Shown here piece by piece: positions 10,708-23,437 of a stretch of DNA of 64,000 nucleotides (within the stretch, counting starts at the first letter, position 1; each line of letters starts with the position of its first letter). The notes beneath the pieces are model-generated. The model saw only the letters and a program-made list of their open reading frames with translations, was not told the DNA's origin and did no database searches. A program made the position numbers and the translations under genes. Source of the DNA: the human T2T-CHM13v2.0 reference genome, Homo sapiens; assembly GCF_009914755.1 (NCBI RefSeq), contig NC_060933.1; one strand, given 5' to 3'.

Positions 10708-12222
10708 AGGATGGGCTGGTCAGTGGGATAGCCTCTGTGCACATTTTGTGGCAAGTAGGAGTGACACATCATTCCTGGGAGGCCCCGTGGTTCCTGCCAA
10801 ACCCAACCCCAGAATTCTCCCTGAGGTGGTTTTACCAAACCCATAACCCAGAACTGCTATTGTGGTTTGGGGGTCAGCACCCACCAGTGCCAGGGCACTA
10901 CTGGGAGGCTGGGACCTGACCAAAGCCCATGGTGTCTGTGGCCTGAGGACAGGGTGTCTTGGGGCCATGAGGACAGGCCACCAATGGCCGTTGGGTCATA
11001 GGGCCTGAGCCCCAGTGTTTGTCCTTCCCTGGCTCCTTCTGGTTCAGTCCCATCAGGGCTCTGGATCCCAAGACGCAGCATCCAAGGTTCCCTCCAGGAA
11101 TCCTGGTGGCTCGGCTTACTTTGTCATGTTTCATCTGATAGCAAAAATATCAGATCGGCTGCACAGAAAAATGGCTCAAAGTGCTTAATGACCAGAAGAA
11201 ATCTGGGAGCAGCAAGAAGGTAATGTGGAGAGGGGAGGACCTCCATGACTGGTGTCTGCAGAGCCAGGGGTACAGGCACCCAGTGCAGTGACCTGGCACC
11301 ACCTGCCTCTCAGAGGGTGGGTAGCACACTGTCCTTACCTGGGGGACAGCAGGCCTGGTCACCGGCTTTTCTCCCTGTCCCTGCAAGCATCACATTGCTG
11401 GAAGAGAATCTCATGCCAGAGCTTGGACCATCCCTAGCTGGGGGGTTAGGGGTTGTCTCTTGGTGACCTAAATGAAAAAATAGGTCCAGATCAGAGTTCG
11501 TGATGCATAGCACTCACCCACTCTTTGAATCATGGGAGGGGAGGCCTAGTCCTAGGTAAACCTAAACTCTTTGAGGAACCACAGAGCCCAAGGCTGGAAA
11601 CCTCCAGAATCCTCCAGCCCCTGATCCCCCCCCCGGGGACCTCTGTGGCCTGTCTCACCAGAGCACTCTTCTGTCTGTAGAGGTCTCAGGTGCTCTACAA
11701 GGGAGTCCCATTTCAGATGTGGGGCTGGGTATGGTCACTCCTGCTGGATGTCTAGAAGGTGAAAGCCAAGGACCTAGGAAAATACCAGATACAGCCTTTC
11801 CACCGTCATCCAGAGCAGGACAAACACGCCAGGTGGTGTCAGGAGCCCAGGTCTCCAGCTGGAGGGAATGTCAACCCTGCAGTGGGAGCCCATCATGCAT
11901 CCTAGGCACAGATGCTAACGTAGGCACCGCAGGTAAGCTGGGTTTGGTACCCCTTCCTGGCTTCAGAAAGAAGCCAAACAAGGAGCTTTCTGCAGAATGA
12001 AACCTCTTTTCCATCCAGAAGCACTGCTGACTGTTTGGTGGTTGCTGTTAGGGCAGTGAGCCTTTTGTCCATTCTGAGATTGGGCTGGTTTCTCCTCTTG
12101 GCCCTGGCCTACAGACCATAAAGGAAAACAGCAAGAGGTCCCCAGCAAACATCTACAGATGGCCCTGGACATCAGCCACATTCAGAGAAACGTGTCATGT
12201 TCTGGGAGGGCTAAGGCATCGA
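10300..12222 (+). pseudogene. Unprocessed TBC1D3/TBC1D26/TBC1D28 (USP6NL-derived Rab-GAP TBC family) pseudogene fragment; exons ~10300-10326, 11142-11219, 11681-11788, 12115-12222
   Basis: AG-bounded exons translate to QKYQIGCTEKWLKVLNDQKKSGSSKK, RSQVLYKGVPFQMWGWVWSLLLDV*KVKAKDLGKYQ and TIKENSKRSPANIY/ALDISHIQR/VMFWEG*GI. These match recalled TBC1D26 ([73 protein letters not shown]). Disablements are stops, frameshifts and a GT>AT donor at 11789. Confidence 0.85.
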
Positions 12223-12591
12223 GTAAGGCCTATGGGGCTGGAGGATCACAGGGCAGGTGGGGCAATCCAGAGCTGTGGGGGCTTCCATGGGAATTGGGAG
12301 GTCCCAAGGCAGAGGTAGGGGTTCCACAGGAGGAGTCACAGAGCCACCAAGGGCTCTCCTGGCCCAGGGAGCAGTCAACACCATGGACTGAACACCCACT
12401 GGGCTAAGCCCTGGGCCAGGCTGGGGCATGTGGGGCCAGGAGGCAGCTCAGAGTGGGAGACAGAGAGACAAGTGTGCTCAGAGGGCACCCATATCTGCAT
12501 ATAACGTGGTCCTGAATTTCTGGCTGGGAAGTGCTTCCAGGGTTTCATATGTGTTATGGAGATGCTTCCTCTCTCCAACCTCACCGTGCAG

Positions 12592-13245
12592 GAATCCCAG
12601 TGAATATATTGCCACCATCTTGGAGCTCAGTGCCCTCATAGTGTAACAGCACCAGCAGATCTGCCTGTGCACAGACTTCCTGTACTACCTCACTCCTGAG
12701 GGGAGATGCTTCTGCAGGGCCTGCGACCTGGTGCACAACTTTAGACACCATCATCCTGGAGCGGCACTGCACCCTCACTAGCCAGGGTGTTGATGACTTC
12801 CTCAATGCCAAGGCCACGTTCAAGATTTTCGACTTCAGTGATGCGTTTGTGCTGAGCAAGGTGGGCTTCTCCGGGATCTTAATTCAGGAGGTAGAATGCA
12901 GCTTAAGATCTAGTGTCTGATCAAAGAACTTGAACTTGACCTGGAGGGCTCTGGGGAGCCATGGAAGGTGCTGGATAAAGGAGGGACAGTCATATATGTT
13001 TTAGAGATGACTGTGGAAGGCTGCCTGGAAGGAGTGAACAAGAGCCAGGAGACCAGGGAGGGAGTTTGTGGGGCAGGTCTGGAGATGGCAAGGGAGGGAT
13101 CCTGCTTGGATGAAAGGTCTTCAGGGACTGTCTCAGGTTACACTCAGGTGCCCTCAGAGCTACTGTGTTCAGGGTTCTTGTCTCCAGGATGAAAATAAGG
13201 AGTTGTCAGACAAGGACATATACATGGAGGCTGGCATCTTCATGA
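12592..13245 (+). pseudogene. CYP4F-family pseudogene fragment; two internal exons (12592-12860 and ~13188-13245, corresponding to exons 7 and 8) with the intron retained
   Basis: Translates to NPSEYIATILELSALIV*QHQQICLCTDFLYYLTPEGRCFCRACDLVHNF/DTIILERHCTLTSQGVDDFLNAKATFKIFDFSDAFVLSK|GT and AG|DENKELSDKDIYMEAGIFM. This matches CYP4F PSEYIAAILELSAL...[30 protein letters not shown], with an in-frame TAA and a frameshift. Confidence 0.93.
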
Positions 13246-14169
13246 GTGCCAATCGTGGGCCTGGTGTGGACTACTGTGGGAGCAGGGGTCTCTCCATCCA
13301 GGGACATGGTGGATGGACCCTACATCACTCCATTCTGCCCTTCCTTTCCCTCCCATTCTCCTGAGGGACTCAATGCATGGGCACTGTCCAACCTCTGGTG
13401 CTGAAGCAGCCAAGAGACCCAAGCCTGCCTTGCTGCCACTTAGGATGTGACAGCACAGCCAGTGGCCTCTACTGGATCCTGGTACCCCTGAGAAGACACC
13501 CAGACACTGGGAGTGCTGCCACCTCGTGGTGCAAGAGTTCTGAGGGACGGCAATTCTGAAGACATTGAATGGTGGGTGCTGGGCCTCATGGCTGTTCCCC
13601 AGCCCCTCTCATTGGTTCTGCTCCAGGTGGAGAAGGGGGATGATGTCTCTGTCAGTTCTGCCGTTTTAGCCTAGCAGGAAAAGAAGCAGAGCCCAGAAGC
13701 AGGGCCTGGTACCCAGCCTGCCTAACAAGGGAGAATTTGTAGGCTTTGTGGACAGAAAGATCTGGGACTCCATGTCACCCACTAACTTGCTGAGACATTA
13801 GTAAAATCAGTTTTCTTTTCTGAACTGTTTCTGTCATCTGTACATTGAGAGGAATTTCTTTTACTCCACGAGGCTGCTTGGAGAATTAGTGACAGTGTGT
13901 GTAGAGCATGTGCCACCCAGCAGGCATTTGGTGTCGAGACCACACCTCCTCCCCCTTCATTTTCAGCCTAAATTTGCATTTTGTTCTTAAGACTTTCACT
14001 CGCCTTAATTTTGCTCTTTCCTCTGATTCCCACCTTATCGTCTATCCCATGGAGTCACTAGGATCTAAGTGGGTAACAGTCATGTATGCATGTATGTGTA
14101 TGTACGTATATACTTTGTTGGTGTTGGAGTGTGGTGTGTGAATGTGTGTGTGTGTGTGTGTGTTGGAGT

Positions 14170-14648
14170 TACTGGGTGACTGAAACTGTACACATCAGGC
14201 TGTGGTTCTGCTCATTGCTGGAAGCGCTGTCAGGGGTCCTGCCCTCAACCCCAGGTCTGACCCTTGCAGTGCAGGCAGGACATTCTGGAGGAATCATGCC
14301 CTTGGGAGGATCCCTGAGGAGTGACTGGTGGGTATTGGTGGATAAATACCCCTGGTCCCTTGCTCTGGGTATGATGACTCTGAAGCACATGTTCTGTGCT
14401 GTCTCTCAGAGGTACCTGGCAGGGCTGAGTCCTGGCTGCCACAGTGGAAACTTTCTTGATGAAGGTCCGTTTAACTGCTGCATTCCTTTCCTGTCTCAGT
14501 TCCCCACTCCTCCACTGATGTTTCCTGGGATTAGCACCCTAAGGAAGAACTGGCAGTTGAATTAATATCCTAGCGTTATCTCCAAACAAAATTTTTGTAT
14601 TTGAATCTTTGCCTCAGGATCTACTTCCAGGAAATTCAGACTAAGACA
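14170..14648 (+). mobile_element. Old ERVL solo LTR (LTR16-like)
   Basis: TGGTGGATAAATACCCC and ACTCTGAAGCACATGTTCT motifs, with a CTCAGGATCTACTTCCAGGAAATTCAGACTAAGACA 3' end. Confidence 0.65.
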
Positions 14649-14689
14649 CACATTTTTCTTTTGGCTCCTTGAATCCCCATAGGCCTGAC

Positions 14690-15200
14690 ATTTTGCTGTT
14701 TTTATCAAAAAGGAACATGAGGATCAGAGAGGGAAAGTCACTTGCCCAAAGTCACCCAGCTGAACAGTGGTAGAGTTCAACTTTGATCATGAGATGTCTG
14801 GCCCCAAGGTGGAGGCTTGCTCCTCTCCCATGAGACTCCTTCCTTATCAGGGTCAAATGAATGAATGGAGGATGTTAAAAGTGGGGTCTCTGATGCCTTT
14901 GCCAGATAAACCCCAGGCTCATGGCTGGCGCCTGTTTTCTCATTCTTACCTCATTAAGAGTAGTAATGAAAAACATGTTCAGTGCTGACCGTGTGCCTGG
15001 GGGTGTTGTAGGCACTCCACTTACTTTAATTCATTTAATTTTCACAATAACCTTGTTTTTACTTCTAGTTGTTATATGAAAGAACTGAGGCAAAGAGCAA
15101 TACAGAGAGTTGCAAAAATTCATACCGCTGGTCCAGGTTTGAACCAAACAGTCTGCACCTGGAGTCCTTGTTTGTAACCATGGCACCCTGTCTTCACACA
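14690..15200 (+). mobile_element. MIR fragments
   Basis: AAGTCACTTGCCCAAAGTCACCCAGC and AACTGAGGCAAAGAG core motifs. Confidence 0.55.
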
Positions 15201-15270
15201 TATCTCATCGTGGAGTTCCATCTTGTGTTAGGCATGGCACTGAGCAGCTTCTTTTAAGAACATAATTTGT

Positions 15271-15727
<457 letters not shown>

Positions 15728-16013
15728 CTATAGAAACCTCAGCTAGTGTGCCGAGGAGTCTGGTCCCTTTGGGGAATGTGGCAGTCAGGTTCTGGCAGGG
15801 ACCTCGAAGTGGCTGGTAATGTCTTTCATTACCACCACCACGTGAACTGGTCTTACGACCTGTTAGCTTCCTTCATCAGGCATGAGCACCAGGATGGCAG
15901 GGGCCTCATCTGTCCTATTCCTCCTGTGGCCTGGGTCCTAGCACCATGTCTAGTACAGTGTAGGTGCTCAAGGGAAGTTTACTTTATAGAACTGTCTACC
16001 TGGGAGATGTTGC

Positions 16014-16404
16014 TGTTAGTCTAACCTGTACCATTTTGTAAACCTGCAGCCATTTTGCACACCCTGGTCAGAATGAAACATTCCTTGGGAACTCGGGCCG
16101 TGAGAAGCATCCTTCCTGATCACCTGACTGTAGAAACATCCTTATCGCACCCTCCCGGGCAAAGGCCCAACAGCCTGACTGCAGGAACATCCTTGCCATA
16201 TCCTGCCGGGCAGCAAGCTCTACCGCCCACACCCCTCCTTCCCAGTCCCATGATCACCCCAGCCTGTGAGAGGCAGTTGGTGCTGGCAGTAAGCTGGTTT
16301 CCTCCTCTGCAGGGTTTTGCTAGTAATAAAGGTGTTGCTGTTGAAGCCGTCAACTGTCTTTCTCTGTCTTTCTTTAACCCTTGCCTTGCCTTCAAAATCT
16401 AACA
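16014..16404 (+). mobile_element. ERV solo LTR (LTR18-like)
   Basis: Begins TGTTAGTCTAACCTGTACCATTTTGTAA, has AATAAA at 16325 and ends AATCTAACA (TG...CA with a short terminal inverted repeat). Confidence 0.7.
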
Positions 16405-17621
16405 ATAGCTCTACCTCTCCATTTTACCAAGGAGGATATGAGACTCAAGGAGAGCAAGAGACTTACCCAGAATTACAGAGCCAGTGAGTCACAGAACTTG
16501 AACTTGAGCTCAGTTCAGCTGAATCCAGAACTCATGTCTTCCTGAGAGTCCAGGGAAGGAAAGGTGGAACTGCAGCCAGTGGGTGCCCACAGGCTTGTCC
16601 TAGGAGACCACATGCAGCCTCCTGGGAATTGTGTCCTCTTGGGCACAAAAGAAGAACTGTTCACCTGTGCTGCATCAGCTAAGTGTCCCCATTGTCCCAA
16701 ATTGTTATATTTTTTCAAAGTTTCATTTTAGTAACTAGATTTCTCACAGCTCAGTGTTGAAAACAAAGCACAGAGGCATATAGAAAGCCGTGTTTGGGTT
16801 TTTCTCATTTTTTTCCCAGTGACTATACAAATGAATGTACAAAAGAGCACAAATACGCTCATACTTTTTATATAGAGATGAGGCCCCCCCCACTCATATT
16901 CCTCTGCCACTACCCTTCCTTTTTTTTTTTCATGGGAGGACCTGTCTTTCAATACTAGTCCATGTGATTTGGGAAGGCTGACCCACCCTGGGCAATCAGA
17001 TCAGCAGGGTAATTGATTCAGGAGTGGTCATGTGATCCAAGCTGGGCTCATGGAAGTCATCTCTGAACTTTTGATGAAACTGCGGAAATGAGGTGCTTTC
17101 TTTTTATTGGCATATCTATTTGTAAGGAAGTAAGTGATGTGAACTTTATGGGGCCATTTTTGCTGCTCTCTCAAAACAGCTTGCCTGAAAAGCAGAGCTG
17201 ACACAGGAAATGAAGGGACAGAATGAGCCTTGGTTGATATTAGTTGACCCCTGATCCCACTGAGACAGAAGCCCATCTACTCATGTACATTTTTAGTAAG
17301 TAAAGCCAAATAATTCAATGTTCTGCTGGATCCAGTTAGGTTTCAGTCACTTGAAGTCAAGAGAGTCCTGCATAATAGCACTTTCTGTGATGCTTACGTC
17401 CCACCTGCCAGAGCTTTAGAACTGTAGAAGTGTAAAGTGAACCCAGGCAGTGCTGAGCTAGCCAATCTCCTGGCTAAGTGTGCAAAGGAACCCTGGAGTC
17501 ACTACCACTTTGGTCTGAAAAATAGCCTTGCCTGCTGCTTACCATACAGCCATAGGGGTATTGCTTCCCTGAGCCTGTAGGCATTATACCTCTTTTTAAA
17601 AATGATGTTTATTTAAGAAAA

Positions 17622-17720
17622 TGTTTTGTGTAGATGGTGTCTTGCTATGTTGCCCAGGCTTGTCTTGAATTCCTGGCCTAAAGTGCCGAGATTATAGGCA
17701 TGAGCCACTTTGTTTGGCCA
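17622..17720 (-). mobile_element. Alu left-arm/FLAM fragment
   Basis: TCTTGCTATGTTGCCCAGGCT...ATTATAGGCATGAGCCAC. Confidence 0.7.
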
Positions 17721-17769
17721 GCAGTATACTTCTATTAGTTGTCAATGCTTTTTTGTTCTGTAGTTTCTA

Positions 17770-17826
17770 GTGTGTGCTTGAGGATGCGTGTGTATGTGTG
17801 AGTTTATGTGTGTGTATGTATGCGTG

Positions 17827-17862
<36 letters not shown>
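17770..17862. repeat. (TG)n microsatellite
   Basis: About 16 perfect TG units at 17830-17862 with a degenerate left flank. Confidence 0.95.
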
Positions 17863-17865
<3 letters not shown>

Positions 17866-18131
17866 ACCTTTATCTTGCAGGGTTATTGCAAGCATCAAGT
17901 GGGATCCTGTAGGCGCAGTACTCAGTCCAGTGACTGGCACATACAGTGAGCTCTCCCTGTTCTCTTTTCTCCTCCTGATTCAGAGAATGACTTAAGGATC
18001 TGTGATGTGTACCAATTTTCAACGCCCTGCATAAATAATGGGGAGTACTGTTGCCATAACTTTGCACTAGTTTTAATTCATTTTATCTGTTTATCATGAG
18101 ATACCTCAAAGTCCCTGAATAAATTTATGTC

Positions 18132-18170
<39 letters not shown>

Positions 18171-18171
18171 T
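18132..18171. repeat. (TA)n(CA)n compound microsatellite
   Basis: Directly visible in the sequence. Confidence 0.9.
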
Positions 18172-18811
18172 AAGTATGTTTCTTGAGAGCTGACAAGCTT
18201 AGTTTTTGTTCCCTGATGCTGCAGTAGAGGCCACTGTGTTCTGATTTTTGAGTGATGGCTGCCAGCTCTCCAAGTGTCACAGTCAGTGAGGCATCCATGG
18301 GGGCAAGCGCCAAGGATGAGTGTGGCCAGTCAGCATCTGCAAGCCCGTTTTGTCTATCCTCTTTATTTTTATAATATGTTTTATTCATTTTTTAGGTTTA
18401 TCATTTAATCTGTTGTAAACTTCTCTCCTAAAATGTTTCTTAGTTCTACTAGGGGTTAGTTTCATGAAACAAGCCCAGAAATAGTCCACGGCAGCCAGGG
18501 ATACACAACATGCCATTGGGGAGGGAGAAATCTTGTAGATTGAAGGTTTTGTTGTAGGGACAATCTTTCCAATGGTCTTCAAGTTGCTAAACCCAACTCA
18601 GGGCATTTCATCCTATTTCCAGAGAGCAGCAAGCAGAGAAAGCAAAGGGAAATTGGTCAACAAAAAAGAGGAACAATAACTCTCCCCTTTCCAAACAGAT
18701 TTTCAGAAATCCAAAGCAGTGAATTCTGCATTTCACATTGGCCAGGACTATAAGATTCGCTCACTACAGTTACGAGAAAAACTGGGAAACTCATTTAAAG
18801 ACGTTAACCAG

Positions 18812-19152
18812 GGCCAGGCATGGTGGCTCATGCCTGTAATTCCAGCAATTTGGGAGGCCAAGGTGGGAGAATCACTTGAGCACAGGAATTTGAAACCAGT
18901 CCAGGCAACATAACGAGACCCAGTCTCTACAAAAACAAAACAAAACAAAAGCTGGGTGTGGCGGTGCACACCTGTTATGCCTGCAGTCCTACCTACTTAG
19001 GAGTCTGAGCTGGGAGATCACATGAGCCCAGGAGTTCAAGGCTGCAGTGAGCTCTGATCATGCCACTGCACTCCAGCCTGGGAGACAGAGTGAGACCATT
19101 TTTCAAAAAAAAAATTATAAAATAATAAAATATGCATAAATAAATAAATAAA
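18812..19152 (+). mobile_element. AluJ
   Basis: GGCCAGGCATGGTGGCTCATG start, GAGCCCAGGAGTTCAAGGCTGCAGTGAGC (J-type) and an A-rich tail. Confidence 0.9.
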
Positions 19153-19779
19153 GACATTTAAACAGTGCTCCTTGGAAAAAGTGAATCTATGTTCCCTTAG
19201 TGAAGAAGATGAGAATAATGGATATAGCAGGGAAATGGACAGCATTGGCCACATTAGACCAAAATGAAAGTCATAACAGGTACCCCAAATCAGTACCATT
19301 AAAACCACATAATGTGACCATAATGCAGTCAAATTGTGACCAACAAAAAACAAACTGACAAAAAAGGTATCATGGAGCATACGAATTCTAAATCTAAATT
19401 GAATGGAGCTCAGAAGGGCTTCCCACTGAAAATGAAACCATGTGTATGTAAATGAATTGTAACAAAACTACTACATAGCAACATTAAGGTGGCAGAGCGG
19501 AAAGGTTGCTAAGACAGATATCTGTCATCTTGTACCATTTTTTAAGAAAGGAAAAACTACAAAATTATGAATTTGAGTTCTAATTGAGGGATAAGACAAT
19601 GATAAAGTCAATAATTGTTAACGTTTACTGTGCTTCAGTCCTACCCTGTGCTCTTTCATGCCCAATAAGTGAAGAGCTGGAACTGAAAGCTTTCTTATAT
19701 TTATTCAATTGTAGTCTCCCTCCAGGGTGTGGAATCATGTATAAAGGAGGGATAGTGTTTAAAGAGGTATTTTCTGCAT

Positions 19780-20800
19780 TTTTTACTTCCATAAGCAGTC
19801 TCTGCTGTGTGAGTTCTTGTATGAACTATGAGTCTGAGACAACACTGAGGCTTTTTTCATATTCCTTACTTTCATAGCTTCTCTCCAGTGTGAGAACAAA
19901 TATCTACTCACGATGAATGAAGATGAAAGGCTTTCCATAGACTTTACCTTCAGAGGGTTTCTTTTCACACTCCTGTAAGATAGGAGAGTTCAGGAAAGAT
20001 GTTCTCATGCATGTTAACTCATTGAGCTCCCTTCCAGTATGTCCTCCTCACATGTTCAGTAAGGTGAAAAATTAATGATGATTTCCCTGCCACTCACAGG
20101 GCTTCTCACTATTGTGAATCTTAAGATGGCTTTTAATTCTGGTGACTTTGCAAAGTCTTTTTCACATTTGTCACATTTATAGGGTTTCTTCCAGTGTGAC
20201 TCCTTATATGTGCATGTTTTGAGCCTTGCTGAAGGCTTTCCCACATTCCTTACATCCATAGGGCTTCTCCAGAATGTTCTTTCTTAAATGTTTATTAAGG
20301 TGTAGGGAATATCTAAAGCCTTTCTCACTTTTGTTACATTCATAAGGTTTCTCTCCAGTGTGAAGTTTCATATGTCTCATAAGAAATGACTGATAACGTA
20401 AAGGCTTTCCTTCATTTGGGACATGTATGGCTTTTCTCTCCAGTAGTACTACTCCTGTGTGGACCAGAATTTGGAGCAGGACAGAGGTTTTTCCACTTTG
20501 GTGATTCTTATTCTTCATCTCTACAGAACAGAACTGCATCTGGACAGCATGGACTGACTTATTTCTGAAGATGTTTTCACATTGAGTAAAATTATACATT
20601 TTCTCCCTAACATGAGTTATGTGTGCCCTAAGGCACATGTCTTCACTACAGGCTGATTCAAATGGACTCCACTCATGAATGTTTGTCCTTGTATTAATTT
20701 TACTATGTATATGATGGACATTGTTCTGACTGCCTGTCCATGTGTTTGATTTTAGCTGTTTTTCTCCCATATGAAACCCAGTGAATGTTGCACTTCAAGA
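19780..20800 (-). pseudogene. ZNF114P: ZNF114-like C2H2 zinc-finger pseudogene (spacer plus finger-coding last exon)
   Basis: ORF 20204-20770 contains YQSFLMRHMKLHTGEKPYECNKSEKGFRYSLHLNKHLRK..KPYGCKECGK and ORF 20056-20259 contains KPYKCDKCEKDFAKS. Both match the recalled ZNF114 C-terminus, with frameshifts and lost Cys/His ligands. Confidence 0.8.
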
Positions 20801-20829
20801 CTATCATGTTGATTGTTTTCATATATATT

Positions 20830-21332
20830 ACTTTATTGCAATAGTTTTTGGGAAACAGGTGGTTTTTGGTTACATGGAAAAGTTATTTAGTGGTGATTTC
20901 TGAGATGTTGGTGTACGCATTACTCGAGTAGTGTACATTGTACCCAATGTGTAGTCTTTTATCCCTCACCCCCCTAACCTTCCCTCTGAGTCCCCAAAGT
21001 CTATTAAATCATTCTTATGCCTTCACTCTCTCATAGCTTAGCTCCCACTTATAAGTGAGAACATACAATATTTGTTTTTTATTCCTGAGTTACTTCACTT
21101 AGAATAATCATCTCTAACTCCATCCAGGTTGCTGCAAGTGTCATTATTTGATTCATTTTTAGGGCTGAGTAGTATTCCATGGTGTATCTATAACACATTT
21201 TCTTTGTCCACTCATTGGCTGATAGACATTTAACCTTGTTACACATTTTTGCAAGTGTGAGTTGTGCTGCTATGAATGTGCATACATGTGTCTTTTTCAT
21301 ATGACTTCTTTTCCTCTAGGTGGATACCCAGG
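20830..21332 (-). mobile_element. L1 3'-end fragment (L1PB/L1MA-type)
   Basis: ORF2 C-terminus (CTFIAAQLTLAK..YTMEYYSALK..ATWMELEMIILSEVTQE) followed by the 3'UTR. Confidence 0.9.
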
Positions 21333-22071
21333 AGTGAGCTGATACTAATTTAAATAGAGATAATTATAAAATAAAGTAATGACCAAGTGAAAATTACCAT
21401 TTCTAGTAGTAAAACAAAATACCTTTATTGAGTAAAGCTTGAACATATTTCTGCCCACATAAAGGACATATAACTTTTGTATTTTATATAAATGATATGC
21501 TTTATCTCACTAGACTCATCCTATGGTTAATTGGTGGGGGATGGTTGGAGAAAGTAACATATCTTTAAATTTAGCTTCTTGATTCACATTTTTCTTCAAG
21601 TTTCAATAGCTCTCTTTTAGTTAAATGCCTCCAGGAAGATGTTCAGATGCTTTGGGCTTTCTGTGGCCTCAAGGCAAAGGGAAAGTGAATCTGAAGTCTC
21701 TTATTGTCTTCATGCTGTTCTCTAGACCTCTGCTTTCTCTGTGGCAGAGGGTCTCTCTGGTCTGATCGCTGGGGCCATTGCATTGCTATTCTCTGAGATG
21801 AAGCTTGTACTCTCGCATCAGAGTACAGTGGAATTCTCTTGCTTTATTAGCCTCCTGTTGGCTTGGATAAGATCTTCAGATCTCTGTGAGTTTCAGCATC
21901 CTTCTTCCACAGTATGTCTGGAATGGTCACATGGGACTTTTTGGCAGGATCATTTTGCCCCTTGGTGCAGTGGCCCCATGTTATGTATGTTAGTTTTCAA
22001 CTCAGTTAAGTTGCTTCTTATTTACCTCTATGACACTTCCACATTGCATAGATTCATAGGTCTAGTAGGAG

Positions 22072-22510
22072 GTTTTTTATATAAACCAAGCTGCCAGGAA
22101 CAGAACAATGCTCGCACAGTAAGTCAGACAAACCAAATTTATTACTCACAGAGGAGCAGGAAGAATCAGCAAAACCGTTAAGTTCTATGGCAAGCCTGAC
22201 CCTTGAGGTCAGAAAAGTTGCCCAGGGTTGGTGGAGTCTCCTCTGCACATGCCCCACTGTGTACTGCGCTGAGGAACCCCTGAGTGCTCCGCCCTAGGTT
22301 TCACACCCCACGTGCACCTTGGCTCTCTGAGTTTAAGGGCTGCAGTAATATCCTGTTCTAGGAACAACAAGGACAGAGCCCAGACTGTCCCAGACGGTTT
22401 CTACTCATCTCAGGATATTGTCTTCTTGGAACATTCTAAAGTTATTCTGAGAACTAGGAGGTACAGAAAGCTGAGTTGGTCAAGGCCATTCAGGTCTTGT
22501 CCTCCTGACC
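22072..22510 (-). mobile_element. Old ERVL-type solo LTR (MER54/MER73/MER74-like; family uncertain)
   Basis: The minus strand reads GTCAGGAGGACAAGACCTGAATGGCCTTGACCAACTCAG...GAGTAATAAATTTGGTTTG...CCTGGCA. Confidence 0.5.
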
Positions 22511-23147
22511 ACAGAAACAAAGTAGACTATAAAACAATAAGCATTGGCAGAAGTAATCATATTGCATTATGATAGCCATTCTTCATTATGATAAAAAGAA
22601 TTTATCCTCCAAAAAGTTATCTGAGTTCTAAATCTGAATGAACCCAGCAAAACATAGATTTGGGACTGTTGTTACAGTTTAATAAAATATATACTAAACC
22701 AATAAATTTAATTAAATACATAAACTCTAGAAGTATAAAAATCATAAAGGCTCATTTCAGTAAAGGTTGGCATACAAAGTTATCAGATGTATGACAGAGT
22801 AATAGAAAATGTTGACACTGCTTAGGGCAAAGTGAATATGATTGATATTCAGATGAACAAAGAAGATAGTAAACTCAATAGAAAAATGGGCCAAAAAATT
22901 CAATACATTGTTAACAATCTGACAAATGTAAATGTACACAAATAAAATGAGATCTGTATTTTCACCACTTGCTTAGAAAATATAAGAATCCTAGATAACA
23001 TTGAGTGATGAGGATATGAGGAAAACAAGCTTTATGGGCAATGGATGGGAAATTAAATGGTTTTAACCATTTCAGAAAGTAACATGACAGGACCCATTTG
23101 AAAGTATGCATACTCTACAACCTGTCTCGATGATGGGTACATATCCC

Positions 23148-23403
23148 TGATATAGTTTGGATGTGTGTCCCCTCCAAATCTCATGCTAAAATATGATCCC
23201 CAATGTTGGAGGTGGGGCCCAGTGAGAGGTATTGGATCATGGGGTGGATGCCTTATGAATAGCTTAGCACAGGAATGTCCAACCTTTTGGCTTCCCTGGA
23301 CAGCATTGGAAGAAGAATTTTCTTGAGCCACACATAAAATACACTAAAAATAGCTGATAAGCTAAAATAAATAAATACATAAATAAATAAAAATAAAAAA
23401 AAC

Positions 23404-23437
<34 letters not shown>

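Noticed and set aside
9621-11134. Overlapping 100-166 aa ORFs on both strands with near-duplicate peptides
   Set aside because: They are explained by the GC-rich inverted repeat in intron-derived sequence.
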